A stretch of DNA of 64,000 bases from Spirochaetaceae bacterium (GTDB lineage Bacteria; Spirochaetota; Spirochaetia; DSM-2461). Both the position numbers and the translations under genes were made by a program. Below the pieces are notes generated by a model. The model did no database searches. It worked only from the letters and a program-made list of their open reading frames with translations, and was not told the DNA's origin. Below are positions 1 to 9,313 of the stretch, one piece after another (the stretch's first letter is position 1; each line of letters starts with the position of its first letter). The stretch spans positions 1 through 64,000 of the forward strand of contig JAOPTT010000020.1 of NCBI GenBank assembly GCA_051531975.1, written 5' to 3'.

Positions 1-3000
1 GTTTGAAGGGTTAGGTAAGGTTTATCAGCTTTATTAAATATCTCAGTCTCATGGTAACTTAACATAGCATCTGGGCCACAGTTAAAGTTCGTCTCTCTAA
101 CACCGTATAACTGTGGGTCCAGTGCAACCATAATATTATATCTTGTCATCTCTCGACCTTGAATCCAATACATATGGTGTACTATCTCTTCAAAGTTATA
201 GTTTGGTTGTTCTAAAAAGAAAGCTGGAACAAAGTGTAGGCCATTAGATACAAATAGTTCATGAACCTTTGAGTTCGCTTTGTCATCAAATAGGGTATAA
301 CCACGACCAATTCCAATAAATATCTTTTCACCTTTTTCTTTTAGTTTAGATACTATTGTCGCTCCCTTTGTATAAATTGACCTGTTAAAACTATCCTGTT
401 TTTCTAAAGCGTACTCTACCGCCTCTGTCATAACTTTTTTATTAATTTTTATTGGAGTTTCTGAATCTTTGAATGCCCTTTTAAAATCATTCCATAGATC
501 CTCTTCTAATTTATATACATCGTCATTAAATAGAATAAGTGGAAGAAGTGAATCCTCAGTTTTTAACTTAACAGCTTCTTTTGCTGAATAACCAGCTCCG
601 GAAACAAATGGGCAAGTCTTTGATTGATCCTGGGGAGCATTTTCCTCGCCCTGACCTAAAAAGTTCACAAGGAACATCTTATCTACACCAGATCGTAAAT
701 ACTTACTAAGATAAGATACATGACCATGTTGTAGTTTAGATGGGAAACAAGCCTCGGAGTGGGAACAAGCTAAACCTAGGTTTGCTATCTCATCATTTGA
801 CTCTGGAGATACCACAACATTAAAACCTAACTTGTGGAACAGAGAAGTAAAAAATATACCTCTCTGGTTCAAAAAGTGTAGAGTTCGAGGAATTAAAATC
901 CTTGGTCTTTCATCACTACTAATCTTATCTGGAGTAATACAGTAATTATCTAACTCTTTATTCATTAGATTTTTATACATGGTTACATAGTCGGGGGAAC
1001 GTTTCGTAGCGGACTCTGTATTTCCTTTTGGACACATACCTCCGGAGTAGATCTCATGTTGACCCATTTTATATACCTGTAACTTACAATCTCTTGTACC
1101 ACAGCAGTCAGAAATTAGACTAGAGCAGTTCTCTACTCTTTTTTCAAACTTAACATCAGAGATATCTAGACCTCTGAATCGTAAAACAGGTTTAAGCCCA
1201 GCTTCTTTCATTTTTTTAAGTTCGTTAAATGCTACAATTGCAGCTCCCATAGCTCCAAATAGTTGTCTATGTGGAAAGGCATGAATCTCCATATCTGTAT
1301 GTAAAGCAAGTGCTGCAAGACAGCCTAAACCTTTAAAAGGTCCACCCTGTGCAGATGCAAATTTTCCAAACTTTTCACTACCAACAAATTTATTGGCATA
1401 TCCTCCCATAAATCCATGGGCAATTGCAGCAGCTATCTCCTCTTTAGGAAAGTTAAGTGCAAGAAGTTTTAAAATACCAGCCTCTGTAAATATTGCACAC
1501 ATTTCATCAGTTACTGGTGTCTTTGTTGCAGCTAATGCGTAATCCTTAAATGATTTAAAGTCATACCCAAGCATATCCAACATATTTTTCATGGACTGGC
1601 CAGTACCAGCCATACAAGATAGATTCATTTTAGATTTTTTTACTGTTCCATCTTCATTAAACACAGTAAATTTAGCATCCTGGCCACCACACTCAAAGAT
1701 TGTATCAACATCAGAGTTAAAGTGTTTTACACCGTTAGCATGACATGTTATTTCATCCTTAACAAAGTCTGCGCTTAAACCAAGTACAGCTTTTGTAAAG
1801 TCAGTAAAGAGTCTATGGTAGAATTGACCAGATGATCCTGTATAAGCGATACCTTTTATATCAATTTTATCCCCTAGGACATCTCTAATATCTGCAAATA
1901 TTTTTTGTGCAGTCTCTAAAGGTTTTCCATCGGTATCTATACATATCTCAGCAATAATATCTAAGTTTGTAGAGTCTGCAATTAATGCTTTTGTGGTTGT
2001 TGAACCACCATCTATACCAATTACAACTGGTAATTTACCATCAATCTTTTTAAATACTACCAGGCCCATATCAGATTTATATAGAGCAGTTTCTTCCTCA
2101 TAAACTATAACTTTATCTAAAGCTGTGTTTAGGGCAGGTGCGTACTTTATCTCTTGTTTTTGAGCTTCTATAATCGCTGATAAGTTATCAACATCAAAAT
2201 GTGATTCTATTCCATCCTCAATAGCTTTTAATGCAGCTCCAGCAGCTCCTATTTTATCAATATTTTTTGGTCTATGTAGTTCGATGCCTAGTTCTTTACC
2301 AAATAGATCTGCAAGGTAGCTATTTAAGAAGATACCCCCAGTTACAATTGCGTATTTATTTTTATCTATAGTCCTTGTACTAAGAACATCACTTTTGTAA
2401 TTTTTAGCGATTCTAGTATACATACCCTTTAATATATTTTTTATTTGCTCTCCAGAGTTCTGCATATGGATCATATCTGACTGAATTATTACCCCACATC
2501 TACCACCAACATCTAAATCCTTACTTGAGTCTGAAATTGTTTCTGAAGCTTTTTTATGAATGAAGTTAACCTGATTCTGTAATTTTCGTCTATTATCTAT
2601 CCTAAGTTTGAATGATTCATCATCACTTTTAGCTGATTCCGGATCTGCTAATTTAACTGGATAAGCCTCAGAAAAGAATCTTCTTACCTGTTTATTAATT
2701 AATATACCACTTCCACCACCACATTTTGTTCCAGTACCATGGTCAGAAATAAATGATTTGTCTGTAAAACCTTTATCAGTCTCTCTTTCAAAGAAGTATG
2801 GATCTTTTGATCCTACATGTATAATATACTCGGACTGGGGAGCAATAACACCAGCTCCCTGGGAAATCGCAATTGTATCATAATAAAAAGGATTATTAGT
2901 AACTTCAGCAATTAGTTTACCAGCTGAGCCTGTAAAAGCAAAAGATACTAAATCTTTTATATCGTATTCTACTAGTAGTAGAGAATATGCTTCTTTGAGG

Positions 3001-3143
3001 GCATCTAATGGATTTCCAAAATGCATTAGTGATTCAGGAGAGTGAATTAATATTCCTGAGCTATCTAAAACAACAGTATGAACTGTGTCTGAACCTATAT
3101 CAAAACCAACAAAATATTTTTTACTATCAATTTTTGTTTTCAT
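1..3143 (-). CDS. Double CoA-activase (BadF/BcrAD ATPase) protein with DUF2229-type domain, PlsA/Ger-like; 3' end runs off the window
   Basis: Not in the ORF track because it is cut by the window edge; translated by hand in segments. ATG at 3143 with GGGGG RBS. N-terminus MKTKIDSKKYFVGFDIGSDTVH. Second activase repeat has GIDGGSTTTKA, IFEVGGQDAK and MNLSCMAGTG. Downstream IPRTLH and SEACFPSKLQHGH match the DUF2229-type region. Confidence 0.8.
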   Translation of the reverse strand, partial: MKTKIDSKKYFVGFDIGSDTVHTVVLDSSGILIHSPESLMHFGNPLDALKEAYSLLLVEYDIKDLVSFAFTGSAGKLIAEVTNNPFYYDTIAISQGAGVIAPQSEYIIHVGSKDPYFFERETDKGFTDKSFISDHGTGTKCGGGSGILINKQVRRFFSEAYPVKLADPESAKSDDESFKLRIDNRRKLQNQVNFIHKKASETISDSSKDLDVGGRCGVIIQSDMIHMQNSGEQIKNILKGMYTRIAKNYKSDVLSTRTIDKNKYAIVTGGIFLNSYLADLFGKELGIELHRPKNIDKIGAAGAALKAIEDGIESHFDVDNLSAIIEAQKQEIKYAPALNTALDKVIVYEEETALYKSDMGLVVFKKIDGKLPVVIGIDGGSTTTKALIADSTNLDIIAEICIDTDGKPLETAQKIFADIRDVLGDKIDIKGIAYTGSSGQFYHRLFTDFTKAVLGLSADFVKDEITCHANGVKHFNSDVDTIFECGGQDAKFTVFNEDGTVKKSKMNLSCMAGTGQSMKNMLDMLGYDFKSFKDYALAATKTPVTDEMCAIFTEAGILKLLALNFPKEEIAAAIAHGFMGGYANKFVGSEKFGKFASAQGGPFKGLGCLAALALHTDMEIHAFPHRQLFGAMGAAIVAFNELKKMKEAGLKPVLRFRGLDISDVKFEKRVENCSSLISDCCGTRDCKLQVYKMGQHEIYSGGMCPKGNTESATKRSPDYVTMYKNLMNKELDNYCITPDKISSDERPRILIPRTLHFLNQRGIFFTSLFHKLGFNVVVSPESNDEIANLGLACSHSEACFPSKLQHGHVSYLSKYLRSGVDKMFLVNFLGQGEENAPQDQSKTCPFVSGAGYSAKEAVKLKTEDSLLPLILFNDDVYKLEEDLWNDFKRAFKDSETPIKINKKVMTEAVEYALEKQDSFNRSIYTKGATIVSKLKEKGEKIFIGIGRGYTLFDDKANSKVHELFVSNGLHFVPAFFLEQPNYNFEEIVHHMYWIQGREMTRYNIMVALDPQLYGVRETNFNCGPDAMLSYHETEIFNKADKPYLTLQ

Positions 3144-3206
3144 TATGCCCCCAAGTGTATATATAATATAATAGATCCAAGAATGAGTTATTCCAAGGAA
3201 AAAAAA

Positions 3207-4316
3207 ATGAACCCAATAAAAATAATATTAATTCTGCTATTTTTTACATTATCACTAACCATTTCTGCAAATAGTGTTAATAGTGCTATAGAACTTGCAT
3301 ATAACTTTCAATTTGATGAATCTCAAAAAAGCCTAGACAGATATAGAAACTTTAACCCATCGGATATAGACGGAGATTTAGGTCAAATAATTTTCGATTT
3401 TTTAATGATAAAACAGAATCCAACTAAGGATAATTTTAAAAAAATATATAGTGTGCTTAAGGATACAGAGAAAAAAATAAAGAAGAAACTAAAAAAAGAA
3501 AACAATACAAAAGATGAGCTCAATCTATGCCTAGTTAATTATTATTATATGAAAAGTTATGCCCTAGAGAATAAGTGGCTAACAACACTTCGTTATGCTG
3601 TTGAAGCCAGGAAAATATCTTTAACCTTAGCTGATAAGGTAGAGGATATCCCAGATCTATATTTCATATTAGGAGAACAGAATTATACAACAGCACTTGC
3701 TCCAAAAGGTTTAAAACCGCTTTTAGAACATTTTGATTTTGTACCAGACAGACAAAAGGGTATAAAATTAATAGAAGTTGCTGCAAAAAAAGGACATCTA
3801 ACTAAATACGAGGCAACTGTAATGTACATATCATCCTCTATTTATATTGAAAAGGATTATGATGGTGCATATAGAGAGTCTGTTACCTTTTTAAAGGAGT
3901 TTCCTAATAACCTCTCTGTACAATTCTTCTATATCGATACTCTTTTAAGAAAAGGAATTACAGATGAACCCAAAAAGTTATTAGGTGAAATTAGTAAAAG
4001 AATAGATAGTGGGGAAGTTAAAGGGAAGTGGATTCCTAGATATATACAGATGTTAGGTAACCTATCAAATGTAGATGGTGATTACGAGAAAGCAATTACA
4101 TATTACCGGGATGCAATAAAATATAAAGATATAAGTGGATTTACTGCAACAGAAATAAATTTAGAAATGGGTAAACTTTTAGATATTATAGGGAATAGAA
4201 AAAGTGCTATATCAACCTATAAGTCATGTATTAAAGGGCAGGGTCTAGAATTACATAAAGATGAAGCTAGGGAGTTGAAATCTAGCCCTTACAAAGGGGC
4301 AAAGGCTAGTTATTAA
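3207..4316 (+). CDS. Exported tetratricopeptide-repeat protein
   Basis: ATG 3207 follows AAGGA (ORF track start 3183). Signal-peptide-like N-terminus; TPR-like helices (LGNLSNVDGDYEKAITYYRDAI). Confidence 0.7.
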   Translation: MNPIKIILILLFFTLSLTISANSVNSAIELAYNFQFDESQKSLDRYRNFNPSDIDGDLGQIIFDFLMIKQNPTKDNFKKIYSVLKDTEKKIKKKLKKENNTKDELNLCLVNYYYMKSYALENKWLTTLRYAVEARKISLTLADKVEDIPDLYFILGEQNYTTALAPKGLKPLLEHFDFVPDRQKGIKLIEVAAKKGHLTKYEATVMYISSSIYIEKDYDGAYRESVTFLKEFPNNLSVQFFYIDTLLRKGITDEPKKLLGEISKRIDSGEVKGKWIPRYIQMLGNLSNVDGDYEKAITYYRDAIKYKDISGFTATEINLEMGKLLDIIGNRKSAISTYKSCIKGQGLELHKDEARELKSSPYKGAKASY

Positions 4317-4348
4317 ACAAGACGAGTTTGTAGATTAAATGATATCAA
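4313..4348 (-). pseudogene. Possible N-terminal remnant of an iron-containing alcohol dehydrogenase (MISFNLQTRLV*)
   Basis: Strong RBS AAGAAAGGTG inside the moeB 3' end, then TTG and 11 codons resembling the F-x-x-x-T-R-(I/L)-V start of Fe-ADHs. The frame stops at the end of the convergent TPR gene. Confidence 0.3.
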
Positions 4349-5060
4349 TATTTTCACCTTTCTTATTATAGCAGTTACAGTTGGTACTGCTTTTCAATAA
4401 AATAGTATCAATGTCATAATTTATAAGATTAACGGAGATATAACTATAACTACGATCCCATAACCCTATAATATACTTTATACATTCAAGAGCCTGAATA
4501 TTTCCAACGATACCGGTTGATGCACCTAATACCTGCCTGTAAATATCCGTATTATTCAGTTCTAAACAATTAAAACATGCTGTATTAGAAGGTTCTATAA
4601 TCTGGATAAATCCGTCAAATCCTTCTATACCACCTTCAATAACTGTTTTATTAAGTTTTACAGCTTCTTTACTTACAAGTTTTCTCGTTTCATAATTGTC
4701 TACACAGTCAATTATTATATCAAAGTTTGGAAAGATGATCTTAGCTGATTCTTCAGTTAAGGTCTGTTTATATGTCATTATATCAATGGTTTGATTCATT
4801 TTATTAAGTCTTTTTTCTGCTGATATTGTTTTGTAATCACCAATAGAATCTTCATCATGGAGTATCTGTCGATTTAGGTTTGTTATATCTATAGTGTCAT
4901 AATCAACAATACCGATAGTGCCAATTCCACTAACAGCCAGTGATTGAAGGACAGGGGAGCCAAGACCTCCACTTCCTATTACTAAAACTTTGGATTCTTT
5001 AAGCTTTTCCTGATTTTGAACACCAATAAGTTCGATCTGTCTTATAAATCTACTCATCAA
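4335..5060 (-). CDS. moeB: ThiF/MoeB/HesA family adenylyltransferase
   Basis: VLVIGSGGLGS nucleotide loop, D..DITNLNRQILH, DCVDN, Zn motifs CFNC and CNC; coupled to the moaD-like gene. Confidence 0.85.
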   Translation of the reverse strand: MMSRFIRQIELIGVQNQEKLKESKVLVIGSGGLGSPVLQSLAVSGIGTIGIVDYDTIDITNLNRQILHDEDSIGDYKTISAEKRLNKMNQTIDIMTYKQTLTEESAKIIFPNFDIIIDCVDNYETRKLVSKEAVKLNKTVIEGGIEGFDGFIQIIEPSNTACFNCLELNNTDIYRQVLGASTGIVGNIQALECIKYIIGLWDRSYSYISVNLINYDIDTILLKSSTNCNCYNKKGENIDII

Positions 5061-5278
5061 CCTGCACCTACAACCATAATAAACTTAATATGATCACCAT
5101 TTTTCAGAATGTCTGTTCTCTTTCCTATTAATCCATTAACAACAAATGCTACTCCGTCATTTGTAATCTGTAATAATTCCATAATATCCTTTATAGAAGA
5201 GTTCTCACTTATTGATATATTTTTTTGCTCCGGAAGAAATTTCTTTATTCTTCCTGTTGCTGATACTTCAACTTTCAT
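5057..5278 (-). CDS. moaD: MoaD/ThiS family sulfur carrier
   Basis: 73 aa, VVNG...LKNGDHI pattern, C-terminal Gly (VGAG), GGAG RBS, overlaps the moeB start. Confidence 0.8.
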   Translation of the reverse strand: MKVEVSATGRIKKFLPEQKNISISENSSIKDIMELLQITNDGVAFVVNGLIGKRTDILKNGDHIKFIMVVGAG

Positions 5279-5326
5279 ATAAATAACTCCATTATTAAAA
5301 TTTCATCCACATTTATGCAGTTATAT

Positions 5327-5400
5327 CTTCGTTCCAAATATGCGAGGCATATTAATTGCATATATATCATATTTGAAACCAAGTAGCTAGATAATGTATA
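5327..5400 (-). ncRNA. Degenerate/compact Moco (molybdenum/tungsten cofactor) riboswitch-like element
   Basis: Minus strand reads TCTAGC..ACTTGG..TATGAT..GCCTCGCATATTTGGAACGAAG directly upstream of moaD. This parallels the recalled Moco RNA blocks UCUAGC..ACCUGG..UACGGU..GCCUCCCGUAUUUGGAAAGG. Confidence 0.4.
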
Positions 5401-5403
5401 TCA

Positions 5404-6426
5404 TTATCTTTGAACCCGACCTGAGCCGTCTCCAGCCATTAAAGTTTCAACTTCTTTTATTGTTACCTGATTAAAGTCTCCCTCTATCGTGTGTTTAAGG
5501 CAACTTGCAGCTACTGCAAACTCGACCTGATCCTGAGATTCAGATCTCTCGTTTAATGCATATAAAAGAGCACCAACAAAACTGTCTCCACCACCAACAC
5601 GGTCAACTAATTGAATGTCATACTTTTTAGAGAAGTAACTTTTTCCATCTTTATAGAGTAGGGCAGACCAACCATTTATGCTTGCAGAATAACTTTCTCT
5701 TAGAGTTATAGCTACAGTTTTACAACCATACTGTTTCACAATTTTTTCTGCAACTTGCGTATAACCGACTTTATTTATTTCCCCAGCTATTACATCAGTT
5801 TCAGATGCACAGATTCCTAAAACTTTTTCTGCATCCTCTTCGTTTCCAATACAAACATCTACATAGGGCATAATACCAGACATAACTTCTTTTGCTTTTT
5901 CTTTACTCCACAAGTTACCTCTGTAGTTTAAGTCACAACTTACCGTAATACCTTTCTCTCGACACTTTTTTAACGCTTGTTTTGTTACTTCAATACAGGA
6001 ATCTGATAGTGCTGGAGTAATTCCTGTTGTATGAAACCATGTTGCTCCATCTAAAATATCGTCCCAATTAAATTCTGATGGATCAGCCATGGAAATTGAA
6101 CTATATTTTCTATCATAAATTACTTTTGAAGGTCTTTGTGATGCACCTTTTTCAACATAGTACATTCCTAATCTATCTCCACCTTCTATTATTTTATTAA
6201 CCTCTACATCATATCCTTTTAATATTCTTTTAACTAAAAGACCTAGATCATTTTTAGGCACCATGGAAACAAAAGAAGATTTTACACCGTAGTTTGCAAG
6301 AGAAACAGCTACATTTGCTTCTCCTCCAGCAAAAGTAACATCAAAGCTTGTCGCCTGTAAAACTTTTTTATATCCAGTGGGACAAAGTCTCCCCATAATT
6401 TCACCAAAACATACTATCTTTTTCAT
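5404..6426 (-). CDS. kdgK: 2-keto-3-deoxy-sugar acid kinase (PfkB family, KdgK-type)
   Basis: FGEIM, GGEANVA, GASQRPSKVIYDR, DLNYR, DRVGGGDSF, C-terminal SGRVQR. Confidence 0.9.
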   Translation of the reverse strand: MKKIVCFGEIMGRLCPTGYKKVLQATSFDVTFAGGEANVAVSLANYGVKSSFVSMVPKNDLGLLVKRILKGYDVEVNKIIEGGDRLGMYYVEKGASQRPSKVIYDRKYSSISMADPSEFNWDDILDGATWFHTTGITPALSDSCIEVTKQALKKCREKGITVSCDLNYRGNLWSKEKAKEVMSGIMPYVDVCIGNEEDAEKVLGICASETDVIAGEINKVGYTQVAEKIVKQYGCKTVAITLRESYSASINGWSALLYKDGKSYFSKKYDIQLVDRVGGGDSFVGALLYALNERSESQDQVEFAVAASCLKHTIEGDFNQVTIKEVETLMAGDGSGRVQR

Positions 6427-6435
6427 TTTAATTTC

Positions 6436-7080
6436 CTACCCTTTAACTTTTTTTACAAAGGCTTTAGCCAGATTTGTTAACTCATCAAATTTCCCACTAT
6501 TAATTAATTTTTTGTCTACAAGAGATGAACCTAGACCAACTGCTGATGCACCTGCATTCATAAAATCTTTTATGTTATTGAGATCTACTCCACCAACAGC
6601 TAAAAGAGGAATATGATTAACAGGTGATATAATTGCTTTTAGATAAGAGACACCTAAAACTCCAATTGGGAATATTTTTGCAGCTGTTGCTCCAGCTTTA
6701 TATGCATTTACAATTTCTGTTGGTGTCATAACACCTGGTAAAGAAACAAGTCCTAATTCCACTGTTTTCTTGACAACTTCTACATCAAAGTTTGGGGAGA
6801 TAATGTATTTAGCTCCAGCTTCTGCAGCTAACTCAACCTGTTGCACTGTCATTACTGTTCCGGCACCAACACATACTTCTGAACCCATGTTATCCGATAT
6901 AAGTTTAATAGAGTTATATGTATCTTCGTTCCCAGTAGGAGTGGATAGATTAAAAGTAACCTCTATTAAAGATATTCCTCCAGAGTAAAGTGCTTTACAG
7001 GTATCAAGTATTTTATCCTGATCTATGCCTCTTACTATGGCAATAATTTTATCCTTTTGGATTTTTTCAAATGTAGTCAT
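6436..7080 (-). CDS. eda: KDPG/KHG-family aldolase
   Basis: IAIVRG, IEVT, VGAGTV, ISP, PGVMTPTEI, KIFP, AVGGV motifs. Confidence 0.9.
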   Translation of the reverse strand: MTTFEKIQKDKIIAIVRGIDQDKILDTCKALYSGGISLIEVTFNLSTPTGNEDTYNSIKLISDNMGSEVCVGAGTVMTVQQVELAAEAGAKYIISPNFDVEVVKKTVELGLVSLPGVMTPTEIVNAYKAGATAAKIFPIGVLGVSYLKAIISPVNHIPLLAVGGVDLNNIKDFMNAGASAVGLGSSLVDKKLINSGKFDELTNLAKAFVKKVKG

Positions 7081-7089
7081 ATTTTATCG

Positions 7090-8238
7090 TTACCTTCTTT
7101 TATCAACCCTATATTTTTCTAATAGTTCTTCGTCAATCTCGATTCCAAGTCCAGGTTTAGTTGGGGGAAGTATATATCCGTCTACTAATTCCAATGGTTG
7201 TTTTGCTAATTTATCTCTGAATATATTTGTTGTTCTATCATATTCCAACAACATATCTTCCTGCACTAGTTTATGTGGATAATCAGGTAGGGAAAATGCA
7301 CAATGTATTGCTGTAAAAAGGCCTATAACACTTCCCCAAACGTGGGGGTAACACTGAATATTATTAACATGTGCAAGCATAGCTATTTTTCTAAACTCTG
7401 AGATTCCACCTGTCACAGCACAATCTGGTTGTACTATATCTACAGCTCTTCTATTTAGTAGATTGTTAAAACCATATCTTGTAAATTCTGCTTCCCCACC
7501 AGATAATGGGATTGTAGTTTTACTTTTTAATTCTATATATCCATCAATATCTTCTGGAGGAACAGGCTCTTCAAACCATGTAATATTACACTCTTCTATA
7601 CCCCTGCAGACTTTTAGAGCTGTATTTGCATTATATGCGTGGTTAGCATCTACCATTAACATCAGATCATTACCAACTGCAGCTCTAATCTTCTTAACAA
7701 GATTTATATCATCTTCTATTCCAAATCCGATTTTAATTTTTATAGCTTTAAAACCATCATTTTTATATCTAAGAGCTTCTTGTACTAAAACTTTGTGATT
7801 CGATGGAAGCTGGGTAGGGTAGAGACCTGTAGCATATGGTAAAAGATGTTTTCTTGGGGTTCCACCTAATAATTTATAGATTGGTAGGTTTAGAAATTTA
7901 CCTTTAATATCCCATAAAGCAATATCTATTGCACTCATCGCTTCTATTGCATTTCCCTTAGGACTATGGTCTCTAAACATGTTATATAGACCTTCCCAGA
8001 TAACCTCTATATCAAGAGGATCTCTACCCATAATATAGGGAGTAAAATAATTATCGATTAAAGCTTTATTTACATAAGCTGGACCAAAGGATTCACCCCA
8101 TCCAACTATTCCTGTATCAGTAGTAATTTTTAATATCATAATAGTTCTGGTATTGTACCAAGCTTGGGAATATGCAAAGCTAACACCTTCACCTAAGTTC
8201 TGTTTAACTATTATTGTTTCTACACTTTCTATTTTCAT
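7090..8238 (-). CDS. Enolase-superfamily (mandelate racemase subgroup) cycloisomerase, 3,6-anhydro-galactonate/galactarolactone cycloisomerase-like
   Basis: ATG 8238 after AGGAG (track start 8259). KxK (KIKIG), DANH, WFEEP, GGE, QPD, PHVWG and EYDRT motifs. N-terminal FAYSQAWYNTR resembles the recalled DauB-type cycloisomerase. Confidence 0.8.
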   Translation of the reverse strand: MKIESVETIIVKQNLGEGVSFAYSQAWYNTRTIMILKITTDTGIVGWGESFGPAYVNKALIDNYFTPYIMGRDPLDIEVIWEGLYNMFRDHSPKGNAIEAMSAIDIALWDIKGKFLNLPIYKLLGGTPRKHLLPYATGLYPTQLPSNHKVLVQEALRYKNDGFKAIKIKIGFGIEDDINLVKKIRAAVGNDLMLMVDANHAYNANTALKVCRGIEECNITWFEEPVPPEDIDGYIELKSKTTIPLSGGEAEFTRYGFNNLLNRRAVDIVQPDCAVTGGISEFRKIAMLAHVNNIQCYPHVWGSVIGLFTAIHCAFSLPDYPHKLVQEDMLLEYDRTTNIFRDKLAKQPLELVDGYILPPTKPGLGIEIDEELLEKYRVDKRR

Positions 8239-8343
8239 AAATATACTCCTTATTTCCAAATAAACTTACCGCTAATCCTTTTTATCATTGTTAATATATC
8301 TATATTTCAATTGGATTGATTTCAATAGGATGTAATAATTGTA

Positions 8344-8380
8344 ATCTGACATCAGATATATGATATCCTATATCTAATGT
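8344..8380. promoter_or_regulatory. Putative FadR/GntR operator sites upstream of the cycloisomerase-eda-kdgK operon
   Basis: ATCTGACATCAGAT near-palindrome; ACATCAGATAT (8349-8359) and ATATCTAATGT (8370-8380). The same motif recurs upstream of aor. Confidence 0.55.
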
Positions 8381-8521
8381 CAGGTTAAGGGATGTTAGTG
8401 ATTTATGCAAGTAACTTCTTAGATTAATGATAGTTTATCTGAAAGATTTCTGTATTAAAAGAAATAATGAATTGAGTTATTATAAGTTGTTTAAAAAATA
8501 AAAAGCTAAACGATATAATAC

Positions 8522-9190
8522 TTAATTAAGATTCTTTTTTGTAGCATTTAAGTGAATCATCATAGTTTCTTTAGCACCTTCTGAGTCTGAGTTAACTATG
8601 CATTCATAGATGTTTCTATGGTAATGTAGCTGAGATTCTTCAAGAAACTCTTTTTTATCAGCTTCTGCAATCTGTTTTAATAATATAGGGCTGTATGACT
8701 CAACTATAGTATGCAGAAGTCTATTTCCACTGGCTTTAGCAATCGTAGAATGGAATAGATAGTCACTCTCCTGAAATTTTCTGGATGTCACGGTCTCTTT
8801 TTCCATGGTTTCAATACACGATTTTAATACTTCTTTATCCTCATTACTCCCATTTAATGCTGCAAGAGAAGAGGCTTTTGGTTCCATTAAAATTCTAATT
8901 TCTAACAGTTCATTATATGTTATATTGTTTCTTTCTAACATTTCCGCTAAAAAATTGATGGCAACTTCAGTACTTTTGTTATTAACCTTAACCCCAACAC
9001 CATGCAGCCGTTGAACAAAGCCCCTAACTTCTAAGATTCTAATAGCATCCCTAACAGTTGCTCGGCTTACATCTAATTGTTTACTGATTTCGAGTTCGCT
9101 AGGTAAAAGATCCATATTGGAATACTTACCATCTCTGATCCAACCTTCTATTTCTGTTACTGTCTCTTTTACTAAATCCTGTTTTGCCAT
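8522..9190 (-). CDS. GntR/FadR family transcriptional regulator
   Basis: LPSELEISKQLDVSRATVRDAI winged HTH; FCD domain with FHSTIAKASGN. Confidence 0.92.
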   Translation of the reverse strand: MAKQDLVKETVTEIEGWIRDGKYSNMDLLPSELEISKQLDVSRATVRDAIRILEVRGFVQRLHGVGVKVNNKSTEVAINFLAEMLERNNITYNELLEIRILMEPKASSLAALNGSNEDKEVLKSCIETMEKETVTSRKFQESDYLFHSTIAKASGNRLLHTIVESYSPILLKQIAEADKKEFLEESQLHYHRNIYECIVNSDSEGAKETMMIHLNATKKNLN

Positions 9191-9313
9191 GTGAACCCTC
9201 TTAATTTTTGTTCTACTTATACTTATAACATATCTACAACGATTTGTAATATAATTATGTAAATTTAAATATAAGATCCCACCTCATTAAAGGCAGGATT
9301 TTTAGATTAAACT

